This document shows positions 21,801 through 31,154 of a DNA stretch of 64,000 nucleotides, one piece after another. This stretch comes from Sedimentisphaerales bacterium (GTDB lineage: Bacteria > Planctomycetota > Phycisphaerae > Sedimentisphaerales > SM23-30): the NCBI GenBank assembly GCA_963666285.1, contig OY762711.1; one strand, written 5' to 3'. The notes below the pieces were generated by a model. The model saw only the letters and a list, made by a program, of their open reading frames with translations, searched no databases and was not told the DNA's origin. A program made the translations under genes and the position numbers. Position 1 is the stretch's first letter. Every line of letters starts with the position of its first letter.

Positions 21801-24800
21801 ATAGACAATTGTATTGCTAGTGACAATGGAGGAGGGGTGTGCAATCAAGGAACAAATTGTTTAGTGCTGGATTCATCTATTTATGGTGGGACTGCAACGA
21901 GTAATGGTGGTGGCATATATTCAAGTGGAAGCATATCGTGCTCTGGTACAAGCATAGATAATAATAAAGCTATTGATGGAGCAGGAATATGGTCTTCAGC
22001 GGTTTTAGAATTAAGTGAATATTGTTCAGTAACTTCTAATGTTTCTTCTAGAAATGGTGGAGCTTTGTATAATAGTGGAAATGCAACAATAATTTCTTGT
22101 GAAATTAAAAATAATAGTGCAATAAATCAAGGCGGTGCATTATATACAAATGGGGAGCTTGATCTTATTGAATGTAATCAAGGTTTGGCTTTAGATAGTC
22201 AAAGTTATAGTTTTGTTAATGATTCTGAGGTTTGCATTACCGGTTCTAATGTTGGAAATGTTGATGCAGATGGTGCAACGTTATTTCTATCAGGGATAGT
22301 TAATCTTGGAAATAATAGTAGCTTTGATGATACTATCGTAAGTTTTCAATCTTTATCGCAGCTGTATTCTGGCTCTATAAGTTTATACAATTGTGATTTT
22401 GTGGGTGTAACAAGCTCAAATAATGTCATATTCTTAAATCCATCATCCAAGTTGATATTAAGAAATGGGGATGATCCAATATGTAATTTTAATAATGTAG
22501 ATATAAGAGTTAAGGTGGGTACAATTGCAAATTGGCCAGACATTCGGGTTGAATTGGGAGCTCAATTAGCTTTAAATTCTTCAGTTATAAATTTGAGTGG
22601 TTATGGTGATGATGAATGTTATATTGGTGATGGGCGAACTGTTGGTAAAATTAATATTTATGGTGAGATATCTGTTGGTGATAATTCTAAAGTTCATGCT
22701 GCAGATATAAATGTTTATTCATTAGAGATGGATGGGAAACAAAAAAATAATAAATTGAATATCTTGGAAAGTAGTACTGGTTATGGCGGTCAATTTTATG
22801 TGCGGAATAATAGTGAAATTACTTGTAATTATATTGTTTCAGAAGGTGACAGATATTTAGACTTTAATCCAGACCCAAGTGATCAAGTTTTGCCGATAAT
22901 TGAAGATAATGTTATTGATATAATATTTAAAGAGAGACAATTATCTGAGTATGGTACTATTCTTGAATTAAGGGCAGGTGATTATACCGATGAAGGCATT
23001 AGAAATGGATTTGAAAATCTATCTGGGGCACACAGATTATCGGAGTTTCCTGTATTTGAAAGTTGCTATGCAGACAATTGGGTTATTAACCAGATGGTTT
23101 TGAAAAGTGGGTTTGATAATAATAGGTTTATGGCAGCTAAAGTTAATTTAACAAATCGCCAAGGTTTTGATTTTCACCATGAAAAGATTAATGACATTGA
23201 TCCGGCAAATCGTCTGGATACAATTTATGTTAATGACTTAATCATGTATCCTGATACAGTGCTTAATACAGGGTTGCAGACTCTTTATTATAAAAACCTC
23301 ACATTGGTTGATGAATATGGGTGTGAAGTTGAAACTAATCCTTCGTTTTCAGTAGGTGAAGAGATGCAAAATGGTAGTAAAATTGAAGATGTACCGATGC
23401 TTGGTTTCTCGCTTGCAGTAATAGAAATGGATGATCAAGAAGAATTTGAAGCAAGAGTTCGTACCGGAGTTAGTGTTGATGGAGATGGGGAAGCAATAAG
23501 AGATTCTGAAAATGATGTAGCTTCTGGAGTAATGTTGATGAGTGCAAGTAAAGGTGAACTTTATGCAAAAGGAGCATTTGCTAGGGCAGGTGAAGAAGAT
23601 ATTCTTGTGCAGTTTGATTACAAGTTTGGTGTTGGCTGTAATAAAGATACTGAGCTTCTAGTTTACATGAGTGATGAACCAAAGGTGATATTAAATGGTC
23701 GAGAAGAAGGAAATTGGATCAAGCACCATAAGATTCTTGCAAAAATAATTCCGGCTAAAGATGGACGGCCAGGGTCTGTGAAAGGTGAAGAATATGGAGT
23801 CTTTTCTGGAGTATTCAAAAAGGGCCAGTTGAATTTCAGGTCTGGTACATTTATAGAGCTAGTTTTGAAAAATGGAGGAAAGGTTCGGATTGATAATTGG
23901 GATCCCAAGGTAGAATGCTTCAGTGGTACTTGTGGTGATTATGCTGGCTGGTATGCTGGAACTGAAAATGCAACTGAAATGACCGACTATTTATTGCTTT
24001 TGTCTGAAATAGGATTATTAGATCCATCATCTCATGATAAGGGTTGTCTTGACTTATTTCACGATGGTGTTGTTTCAGTTAATGATGCGATGTATTGGGG
24101 TACTCCAAATATGAAATGTGAACAACAGGAGTTGCAAAATATTTTATACTCATTTTCTCCATTGGAAACTACATTTGAGAATCAGGATGAACCAAATTAT
24201 TATGATCCCAATAATAATTATCCTGTATTAATTAGTGGTATTCCTGCAAATCCTGATATTAGTAATAGCCAAAGTGTCAAGGGTGAAATTTATGGCACAT
24301 TTTCCGGCGGAGATTTATTTTATCAAAAGAAATCTATAGCTGCAGGTCAATTTGTTTCCAATTCTTTAGGAGAGGTTTACCAGGTGGGTGCCGAAGGGAT
24401 TGTAAATTGTGCAAATGGTAAATATCTTGTTAAAGCTAATTCTTTTGATGGCGATATAATTGCCGATGATATTTTGACCGTTGATGTTGGTTTAATTTCA
24501 AATGGTGGTAGTGTTTTGTGTGACGCTGAATTTGCAGAAAATAGAATTGATGAGTTATATGTTGTACCTGTTGTGGTTAATACCAACACCGGAAGTTATA
24601 AAGCTGCAGCACGCTTGGTATTCAACAGTGAAGAAGACTACTATGTGGACGCTGTTTATGGGGTTAATCAATGTTATGATCCAAATGCCTATATGACAGA
24701 TCCTAATCAGCCTAGTATTAATCAAGAGCAAACAGTGTTTCTTTATGAACCACTAAATTCGGCAAATGTTGTTTTTGAGCCTGATTATCAAAGGGTGCGT

Positions 24801-25592
24801 GAGGTCGAAATTGATTCTATGGGTAATATATATTTGCTGACTAGTCATTATCTTAATAATAATAACTGGATATTGAAGTTTGCTAATGATGGTGCATTGA
24901 TTGAGAGAAAAGACTTAACAGTATGTGGTGTTACTTCTCCAAATGCTATGACAATTTGTAAAACAAAAACAGGCGAAGAAAGGATGTTTCTCTCAAGTTC
25001 TGTTGGGTATACAAGTATAGATCCTTGTAGTTTAGAAGTTGAATTGTATAGCTTCGGACTTGAACGGTTTGGGGAAGCTTTGCCCGTTGTCTCTAATATA
25101 TCATGCCCGGCTCCTGATGTTAGCGGTATAGATTATATTGATCATTATTCTGCGTTTGTTACTTCTATTGCTCAAGAGGAAAGTTCCTTAAATATTTATG
25201 TTGTTGGGTATACGGCACCGAAATTTAAGGAAGATATTGAATGGAGTGATATTTCCTTAAAAGAGGTATTTACAAGTGCTTTTCTTGCCGAGATTTCTTC
25301 TATTGATGGTGTAACCGATGCAGGTGGTTTAATTTATGAAGTAATGAGTATTGATCGAAGTAAGATACGTTTTCCATTGTCAATCAGATGTGTATCTCAG
25401 ATTGATGTTGAAGAATGCTCTTATAGCGACCTAAACCATGATGGTTACATTAATATGCTTGATTTTGCAGAGTTTTCTAAATACTGGCTTGATAATAACA
25501 CTCTGGCAGATATTTTGCCATATCCGTATAGTGATAATATTGTTGATGTATTGGACCTTAAAGAGCTGATAAGGTGTTGGCTTAAAGAATAG
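18819..25592 (+). CDS. Giant secreted Ca-binding protein: thrombospondin type-3 repeats, three copies of an unrecognised domain, parallel beta-helix, C-terminal dockerin-like domain
   Basis: Signal peptide; many DNCP..N..Q.D.D.DG.GDACD repeats; GGAIY/GGGIY beta-helix repeats; DLNHDGYINMLDF..F...WL end. Confidence 0.85.
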   Translation: MIMTSGYQKRIVIKLVMLVLLFTSINSMAGWVEITKDLYAYDINSSGKWENDSYAKGDNDQFAKNDADTEWLKVASFENLDISSTTIIKRVAINVSCRYDNGTSGYIVGKLRVPLAGYEGPELLSNNFTTSNYEFALRMGGNADVTNAVAWNEARLRDIRYWVRRKGLNNNNTPLRIKCIRLRVVCDMPDWDNDGIPDEDDPDDDNDGLLDQNDDCPKEYHPGDNDGDHICDYHDTDDDNDGIPDISDNCPWHKNSRQNDWDGDGQGDACDDDDDNDGIKDSKDIYPYDYDNDGVKDDVDNCPYNSNTEQKDYDEDGQGNACDADDDNDGIPDEDDPYLRDEDNDGYSKSEDNCRWIYNPDQSDLDRDGQGDACDDDIDGDGIPNGSDPLPYDFDNDGVPASSDNCPTVYNPDQWDFDGDGKGFACDDDIDDYFYAEAISAAGAWQNKDAVVGKPKTEVCNVSPPTYAYNEDGSDETYLIATRFEEIPDLPVGLAIKAIKVNVLCRYDSGTVGHVKVSVQVPGDRVLVFDSPAFTSSDDCDWVMSQVNITDYVAFDFVRLNSLQIGVRRNANTNNSTLRVKGVRIKVIIEPDADFDGVGDSVDNCMYTANVEQYDLDNDSVGDACDDDIDGDGIANNSDTFPFDFDNDGFNDWVDNCPKEFNPEQIDRDGDGKGDLCDNTPFDMKPLYATLIHANPGWEYGNEATGEPATMKCDSENDTPHYAINSNDGDNYDNALTAIDFDELVLPEGSAIDNVYVDILCRYDKYTTTSGQIEVECIIEDSTCGESDKKVTVSIGNPNSEGDCEWFTSRIEISRLINGESGRVNKLRVKVRKLEANNTLRVKAFRVDVQVTEGLVYNETKGAWYAKIQQAINHAENYSVIKVKKGTYYQSIDFSPCEEGVGKSLHLEAIEEGCIIDASGEDKPVISLKDNGCAGSVIKGFELVNGNAVSDGGGIYCAAGDVLIQDCIFASCKAGRNGGAIYIQGNGVIVKNCIIDNCIASDNGGGVCNQGTNCLVLDSSIYGGTATSNGGGIYSSGSISCSGTSIDNNKAIDGAGIWSSAVLELSEYCSVTSNVSSRNGGALYNSGNATIISCEIKNNSAINQGGALYTNGELDLIECNQGLALDSQSYSFVNDSEVCITGSNVGNVDADGATLFLSGIVNLGNNSSFDDTIVSFQSLSQLYSGSISLYNCDFVGVTSSNNVIFLNPSSKLILRNGDDPICNFNNVDIRVKVGTIANWPDIRVELGAQLALNSSVINLSGYGDDECYIGDGRTVGKINIYGEISVGDNSKVHAADINVYSLEMDGKQKNNKLNILESSTGYGGQFYVRNNSEITCNYIVSEGDRYLDFNPDPSDQVLPIIEDNVIDIIFKERQLSEYGTILELRAGDYTDEGIRNGFENLSGAHRLSEFPVFESCYADNWVINQMVLKSGFDNNRFMAAKVNLTNRQGFDFHHEKINDIDPANRLDTIYVNDLIMYPDTVLNTGLQTLYYKNLTLVDEYGCEVETNPSFSVGEEMQNGSKIEDVPMLGFSLAVIEMDDQEEFEARVRTGVSVDGDGEAIRDSENDVASGVMLMSASKGELYAKGAFARAGEEDILVQFDYKFGVGCNKDTELLVYMSDEPKVILNGREEGNWIKHHKILAKIIPAKDGRPGSVKGEEYGVFSGVFKKGQLNFRSGTFIELVLKNGGKVRIDNWDPKVECFSGTCGDYAGWYAGTENATEMTDYLLLLSEIGLLDPSSHDKGCLDLFHDGVVSVNDAMYWGTPNMKCEQQELQNILYSFSPLETTFENQDEPNYYDPNNNYPVLISGIPANPDISNSQSVKGEIYGTFSGGDLFYQKKSIAAGQFVSNSLGEVYQVGAEGIVNCANGKYLVKANSFDGDIIADDILTVDVGLISNGGSVLCDAEFAENRIDELYVVPVVVNTNTGSYKAAARLVFNSEEDYYVDAVYGVNQCYDPNAYMTDPNQPSINQEQTVFLYEPLNSANVVFEPDYQRVREVEIDSMGNIYLLTSHYLNNNNWILKFANDGALIERKDLTVCGVTSPNAMTICKTKTGEERMFLSSSVGYTSIDPCSLEVELYSFGLERFGEALPVVSNISCPAPDVSGIDYIDHYSAFVTSIAQEESSLNIYVVGYTAPKFKEDIEWSDISLKEVFTSAFLAEISSIDGVTDAGGLIYEVMSIDRSKIRFPLSIRCVSQIDVEECSYSDLNHDGYINMLDFAEFSKYWLDNNTLADILPYPYSDNIVDVLDLKELIRCWLKE

Positions 25593-25792
25593 CGTGTCCA
25601 CTTTACAAACTCACAACGGGTACTTTACCGAACGGAAACGAATAATTCGCTGTCGCTCACAACTTATTCTAAAGCTGAAACATATGTTCGTTTAGTTTGA
25701 AACTGCTGTAATATTTAGATTTGCAATTACTTATGAATGGCATCTGTAAAACGATACATAAAAAACAAGAATACGATGGATAGTAGTGCTGA

Positions 25793-25844
25793 TAAGAATT
25801 GATATGATATTTTGACGACTGTGAAAAGGGCGAAAAACACGAAA
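25793..25844 (+). repeat. Direct repeat copy 1 (copy 2 at 28141-28193)
   Basis: TAAGAATTGATATGATATTTTGACGACTGTGAAAAGGGCGAAAAACACGAAA; 47 of 53 aligned positions match copy 2 by manual alignment. Confidence 0.8.
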
Positions 25845-25856
25845 TATGAGGTAAGA

Positions 25857-26552
25857 GTGAAGATACTAAGTTTTGATATTGAGATATCTGATATTTTTGA
25901 TCTGAAGCCGGGCGAGGATATTGAGAAGTATGCTCCGTTTCATATATCGGTGGCATCGACGGCGATACCGGGCGGTGAAGAGAAGGTATGGTATTCGGAA
26001 GGTGATGATGGTGTGCCGTTGAAGACTGTTAGCAAAGAACTGGCTAATGATTTACTGGTGTACCTGGAAAAGATGCAAAATGAAGGGTATATGGTGTGTG
26101 CGTGGAATGGTTTGAAGTTTGATCTGCAATGGATAGGTTATAATGCCGGGAATTTTGAGCTGGCGCAAAAGGTGGCGTTGCGATCATACGACCCTATGTT
26201 TCAGTTTTTTAATGCGAGAGGGTTTCCGGTTGGGCTGGGGGCGGTGGCAAAAGCGTTGAGGATTAACCAGGAAAAGCTGATGACAGGTGATAATGCCCCG
26301 ATAGAATGGGAGAGGGGGAATTATCAGCTGGTGATGGATTATGTTTTAGGTGATAGCCAGATTACTAATAAGATAGTTAGTGAGATTATCAATAGAAAAT
26401 CGATATCGTGGGTTACTAAGGCAGGGAAGGTCAGCAGTGAGTGGATTGGAAAGCTAAAGACAGTTGAGCAGGTGATAAAAGAGCCGGGACCGGATCAGTC
26501 GTGGATGAGTACGCCGATGAAGAAGGAAAGTTTTTATAGCTGGTTTCGGTAA
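25857..26552 (+). CDS. Stand-alone RNase H-like (DEDD) 3'-5' exonuclease-domain protein
   Basis: ExoI SFDIE, ExoII WNGLKFD, ExoIII YVLGD. GTG start after GAGGT RBS; ORF track starts at 25812. Confidence 0.7.
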   Translation: MKILSFDIEISDIFDLKPGEDIEKYAPFHISVASTAIPGGEEKVWYSEGDDGVPLKTVSKELANDLLVYLEKMQNEGYMVCAWNGLKFDLQWIGYNAGNFELAQKVALRSYDPMFQFFNARGFPVGLGAVAKALRINQEKLMTGDNAPIEWERGNYQLVMDYVLGDSQITNKIVSEIINRKSISWVTKAGKVSSEWIGKLKTVEQVIKEPGPDQSWMSTPMKKESFYSWFR

Positions 26553-26697
26553 AGAAAAATGTTTTTTAGTAGAACCACTGATAAGCTATGGTAACCGGAG
26601 CCTCCCGGTTAATTCAGGATCGAGTATAATATAATACGACGTCCTATTTTAAACGTGCTCGAAGCACAAACAATAAACCTTATTGGAGGCCCCAGTT

Positions 26698-27741
26698 ATG
26701 ATTAAGTATATCGGATTAGATATGGATAGCAAGAAAACAGTTTCAATGGTATATGAAAATGGTACAGAGAAGTACGCGACATTACCTCCTGACATTGGCA
26801 GTTTGCAAGATTTTTTGATAAAGCATAAGTCTAAGAAGAATAAGGTATTTGTGGCGTTTGAGGTTAGCGGTTTGGCCGGTTGGATATATGATCAGATAGT
26901 TGACCTGGTGGATGAAGTGAAGGTAGTGAATCCCACCAAAGCTACCTGGATATATCGTACCAATAAGAAAAACGATCGAATAGATGCGCGTAAGATGGCA
27001 ATTTTGTACAGTATTGATGAATTGCCAAGTGTTTATATGCCAGATAAGGCGGTAAGGCAATGGCGTCAGATGATATTGCATCGCCAGAAGACGGTACGTA
27101 AAGTTGGTCAGACCAAGAATCAGATAAGAGCGTTGATAAAGAGCAATGGCTATTTAGTGCCAGAGCATAAAGGCACCTGGTGGAGCAAGAAGAATCGAGT
27201 CTGGATGGAGAGCTTAACAAAGTCAAAAGAAGATGTACTGTGGAGTCTTCAGTTGGAAGATTTACTTGAACAGTTAAAATTACTGGAGAATCAAAGAGAT
27301 AAGATAACAGCCAGACTGGATGAGAAGATAAAAGATAATCCTGGAGCTGAATTATTGATGAGTATTCCCGGGGTTGGTCCAAGGACAGCTGAGGCGATGC
27401 TTGCTTATACAGATGATATAGACAGGTTTAGTAACTATAAGCAATACAGTGCCTACTTTGGCTTAACGCCAAAGCTGGATGAGAGCGGTTCGACTCGCAG
27501 ATTGGGACATATCAGCAAGCATGGTCCGCAGGTAGTGCGATGGGCATTATGTGAGTCAAGCTGGCGTGTTGTGAGGTTTTGCCCGGCGATAAGGCAGTTT
27601 TATGAGCGGGTCATGGCCGGTCAGGACGGCAGGAAAAAGATAGCGATAGTTGCGGTAGCACGTAAGTTAACATCGATAATGAGAGCCATGTTGAAGACAG
27701 GCGAGATGTTTAACGCAGAAATGATAAATCAGGCTGCATAG
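26698..27741 (+). CDS. IS110 family recombinase/transposase
   Basis: DEDD residues in YIGLDMD, AFEVSG, KNDRIDA; SIPGVG, GLTPKLDESG (catalytic Ser), AIVAVARKL. Confidence 0.95.
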   Translation: MIKYIGLDMDSKKTVSMVYENGTEKYATLPPDIGSLQDFLIKHKSKKNKVFVAFEVSGLAGWIYDQIVDLVDEVKVVNPTKATWIYRTNKKNDRIDARKMAILYSIDELPSVYMPDKAVRQWRQMILHRQKTVRKVGQTKNQIRALIKSNGYLVPEHKGTWWSKKNRVWMESLTKSKEDVLWSLQLEDLLEQLKLLENQRDKITARLDEKIKDNPGAELLMSIPGVGPRTAEAMLAYTDDIDRFSNYKQYSAYFGLTPKLDESGSTRRLGHISKHGPQVVRWALCESSWRVVRFCPAIRQFYERVMAGQDGRKKIAIVAVARKLTSIMRAMLKTGEMFNAEMINQAA

Positions 27742-28105
27742 AAGACAATATAATAAAGGCTGAGCGACTATGCCGTAAGATCCCGGTGAATGTCAATTGA
27801 AGTTTAAGTTTACTTAAAACCTCGTCACGAAGAATGGGAGTTATGGTCTGTATAAAGTTTAATGTGCCGCCGAATAAGGTGAGTACGAATAGGAGGTTAG
27901 GTCGTTGAATGCCTGCCAAAAGCAGCTCAGTTAATAAAATATGAGGCCTCTGCCTCAGCTCAAAAGCTAACAGGGTTAGCCCCTGTAACTTCTTACGCCA
28001 TCGGCATCAGCCCATGTTTGGGTGAGAGCTGACGCCGAGGCGACGAAGCTACAGGGGCAAAAACCCAGGAAATTTGATAAAAATGTAAAAAAGAAGAAAA
28101 ACAAC
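27742..28105 (+). ncRNA. Candidate bridge/seek RNA region of the IS1111-type element
   Basis: Long non-coding right end as expected for IS1111; includes long hairpin 27979-28058 (GCCCCTGTA...TCGGCATCAGC...GCTGACGCCGA...TACAGGGGC). Boundaries not determinable by eye. Confidence 0.55.
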
Positions 28106-28140
28106 TTGAAATGCTCCGGTTCATAGGATGGATACGGATT

Positions 28141-28193
28141 TAAGAATTGATATGATAGTTTTACGACCACGAAAAGGGCGAAAAGACACGAAA
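28141..28193 (+). repeat. Direct repeat copy 2 (copy 1 at 25793-25844)
   Basis: TAAGAATTGATATGATAGTTTTACGACCACGAAAAGGGCGAAAAGACACGAAA. Confidence 0.8.
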
Positions 28194-28340
28194 AAACTGT
28201 TTTTGGGATTTTTGCTGGATTATTGTGAGTTTGGTGTTAAAATCGAGTGTGTGTAGTAGTTAATGGCAGGGAAGAATGTCTGTGCCGATAGCTATGATAT
28301 ATTGGGTAATTGTGGTAATTTGAAAAAGAAAGGTAAGGTT

Positions 28341-29168
28341 ATGGCTAAGATTGCAAAGAAAGTAAATGAAAGATTTTTAAAGTCGGTAAGTAAATTTCAG
28401 AAAGTCTTACAAATTGCAAATGATCGGGATGTCAATGAGTCTGATACAGTTTCTATTTTGACAGATATTTTTAGTGAAGTATTTGGTTATGATAAGTATC
28501 TTGAAATTACAAGAGAGTTTGCGATCAGGAATACTTATTGCGATCTAGCGTTGGTAGTAGACGAAAAAGTTCAATATCTAATTGAGGTTAAAGCCATTGG
28601 AATTCAATTAAAAGATGACCACATGCGGCAGGCTTTAGATTATGGTGCTAATCATGGTATTGAATGGATTATCCTGACAAATGGTATTGAATGGAAAATC
28701 TATAAAATTAGATTTGAGAAGCCAATAAACTATGATGTTGTCTGTTCGTTTAATTTTATGGATTTGAGTGCCAGATCTGATAAAGATCAGGAACTGTTAT
28801 TTATTATTGCCAAAGAAGGTTTAGTTAAAAATACTCGTAAAGAATATCTAGAAAAAACTCAAACCTTGAATCGATTTATTATTGGCGGGCTGATTTTTAG
28901 TGAACCTGTTCTTAATTCTATTAGAAAAGAACTTCGGAAGTTGTCAGATGGTATGAATGTTAATGTGCAGGATATTGAGAATATCATTAAAAATGAAGTT
29001 CTTAAACGGGAGATAGTTGAAGGTGATGATGCCAAGACCGCTATGTCCAGGATAAATCGATTCTATAAAAAAATGAATAAGGAAGCTCAAAAGAAGAAGG
29101 TTAAAGAGGTGAGTGAAGTGAAGGAAGGTGATACTGTTACTGAGGGTGAGGGGAAGGTGTTAGAGTAA
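28341..29168 (+). CDS. Type I restriction enzyme HsdR N-terminal domain protein (stand-alone PD-(D/E)XK nuclease)
   Basis: NESDT, YCDLAL, LIEVKA, QALDY, ILTNGIEWKIY; no helicase motifs. Confidence 0.82.
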   Translation: MAKIAKKVNERFLKSVSKFQKVLQIANDRDVNESDTVSILTDIFSEVFGYDKYLEITREFAIRNTYCDLALVVDEKVQYLIEVKAIGIQLKDDHMRQALDYGANHGIEWIILTNGIEWKIYKIRFEKPINYDVVCSFNFMDLSARSDKDQELLFIIAKEGLVKNTRKEYLEKTQTLNRFIIGGLIFSEPVLNSIRKELRKLSDGMNVNVQDIENIIKNEVLKREIVEGDDAKTAMSRINRFYKKMNKEAQKKKVKEVSEVKEGDTVTEGEGKVLE

Positions 29169-29316
29169 TTGTGTGTAATATCTAGTGCATAAGAAAATGG
29201 TATTTATAGGGCATTTAGAATGAAGGATTGTCAATCCCGGAATTTTCACCATGGATTGGTAAATATTATATTTAAGTCTGGTAAATAATTTGAGTTATAT
29301 TAAAGGAGATTCTGGT

Positions 29317-31050
29317 ATGATGTTTTACTGCGGACCATACGAAGAAACATACACTTCAACAGGAAAACTGTCTGGTTATAGGGTAAGAGTTAAACATACC
29401 GGATTGAATGAATATAAATATCTATCTGCAAGGGACAAAGATGTTCTTGAAGGTAAAATTGATAATCAGAAGAAAAACTGGGAGAACAAATGGCAAAGAC
29501 ATCTTGAAAGATTAGAAAAAGAAAAAGAGTTGCAGGCTAAGTTAGAGTGTGAGCAGTTAGCTGGCGAAAAAACTAAACAGGCAAAAGAATCAATTCAGCA
29601 AATTGAAAACATATTACTTTATACATTAGACATTGATGATGCAGTTGATTGGGATTCAATAAAGAACACAACACCGTTTAAGATTGAGAATCTAAAACAT
29701 GAATTTCTCATTTTTAGGGAATATGATGGATATCCACTTGGTGCAACTAAATTAGACATTCCTTTCATGCCAGAAAAAATTGATTACATTAAATCAATAC
29801 CATTCTTTAAAATGATTATTGGACAAAGGGGAAAAATCAGGGCGGAACAAGAAACTCAATTTTATAAGGCGACAAAAGCATGGGAAAAAGAAAAAAGTGC
29901 TATTGAAGAAGAAAATGCGAAAAGAGATAAAGCTGTTATTGTGGTTCAGGATAGGTGGGAAGCAGAAAAAAAGAAATATGAGGATAAACAAGCTGCTTTC
30001 AATCAAAAAGTTGAATTTTTAAAAAAATCATATGAAGATAAAAACGCTGATGCCATAAAAGAATATTGTGAGATCGTATTAAATAACTCAGAATATCCAG
30101 ATTCGTTTCCGAAAGATTTTGACCTTCAGTATAACCCAGAAAACAAAATGCTGCTGGTTGACTATCAATTACCTTGCTTGAATGACATACCTAAACTTAA
30201 CGTGGTAAAATATGTTAAGTCGAGGGATGATTATGAAATTAAATATTTAAGTGAATCCGCACACTGTAAACTATTTGATTCAGCAATATATCAGATAGCA
30301 TTAAGAACGATCCACGAGCTTTTTGAGGCAGACGTTATTAATGAGATATCTGCGGTTAATTTCAACGGAATAGTAACTGATGTTAATCCCGCAACAGGAC
30401 ATGAAGAGTCAAAATGTATTATATCGGTTCAAGCCCAAAAAGAACCATTTTTGCAAATCAATCTGGCACAAGTTGACCCAAAACAATGTTTCAAATCATT
30501 AAAAGGTGTTGGTAGTTCCAAGTTAAGCTCCATGACGGCAGTAAGTCCAATTATGGAGATAGATAAAAGAGATAGACGTTTTGTTGAACATTATGCTGTT
30601 GCTTCAGAAATAGATGACACATGCAATTTAGCTGCTATGGGCTGGGAAGACTTTGAACATTTGGTCAGGGAGATTTTCGAAAAAGAATTTGTTGAGCAAG
30701 GTGGTGAGGTAAAAGTGACGCGAGCGTCTTCAGATGGAGGAGTGGATGCGATTGCATTTGATCCAGATCCTATTCGAGGAGGTAAAATTGTTATCCAGGC
30801 CAAACGATATACAAATACTGTCGGAGTATCAGCTGTTAGAGATTTGTATGGAACGGTAATGAGTGAGGGGGCGACAAAAGGAATACTTGTTACCACAGCG
30901 GATTATGGTCCCGATTCATATGAGTTTGCCAAAGGGAAACCTCTAACATTGCTTAATGGATCTAATTTGTTATTTCTTTTAGAAAAACATGGCCATAAAG
31001 CAAAGATAGATATTAAAGAAGCAAAGAAAATATTGAAGGATAAAGTATAA
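29317..31050 (+). CDS. Mrr-like restriction endonuclease with long coiled-coil N-terminus
   Basis: C-terminal FEHLVREIF, SSDGGVDAIA, IQAKRY, AVRDLYG, KGILVTT; AAGGAG RBS. Confidence 0.88.
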   Translation: MMFYCGPYEETYTSTGKLSGYRVRVKHTGLNEYKYLSARDKDVLEGKIDNQKKNWENKWQRHLERLEKEKELQAKLECEQLAGEKTKQAKESIQQIENILLYTLDIDDAVDWDSIKNTTPFKIENLKHEFLIFREYDGYPLGATKLDIPFMPEKIDYIKSIPFFKMIIGQRGKIRAEQETQFYKATKAWEKEKSAIEEENAKRDKAVIVVQDRWEAEKKKYEDKQAAFNQKVEFLKKSYEDKNADAIKEYCEIVLNNSEYPDSFPKDFDLQYNPENKMLLVDYQLPCLNDIPKLNVVKYVKSRDDYEIKYLSESAHCKLFDSAIYQIALRTIHELFEADVINEISAVNFNGIVTDVNPATGHEESKCIISVQAQKEPFLQINLAQVDPKQCFKSLKGVGSSKLSSMTAVSPIMEIDKRDRRFVEHYAVASEIDDTCNLAAMGWEDFEHLVREIFEKEFVEQGGEVKVTRASSDGGVDAIAFDPDPIRGGKIVIQAKRYTNTVGVSAVRDLYGTVMSEGATKGILVTTADYGPDSYEFAKGKPLTLLNGSNLLFLLEKHGHKAKIDIKEAKKILKDKV

Positions 31051-31154
31051 TCAACATATAGTTGATTTTTTCCGTTACTTAATGAAATCTGACTGTATCT
31101 CAATAAGACTTATAAATAATTATTTAACAGTTTATATGACATATAAGGCGTTTT

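Larger units (their letters stand above)
26580..28129 (+). mobile_element. Complete IS110-family element of IS1111 type
   Basis: Intact transposase, sub-terminal inverted repeats AACCGGAGC (26593-26601)/GCTCCGGTT (28113-28121), GAT at both ends (26580-26582, 28127-28129), about 385-nt downstream non-coding region. Confidence 0.82.
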
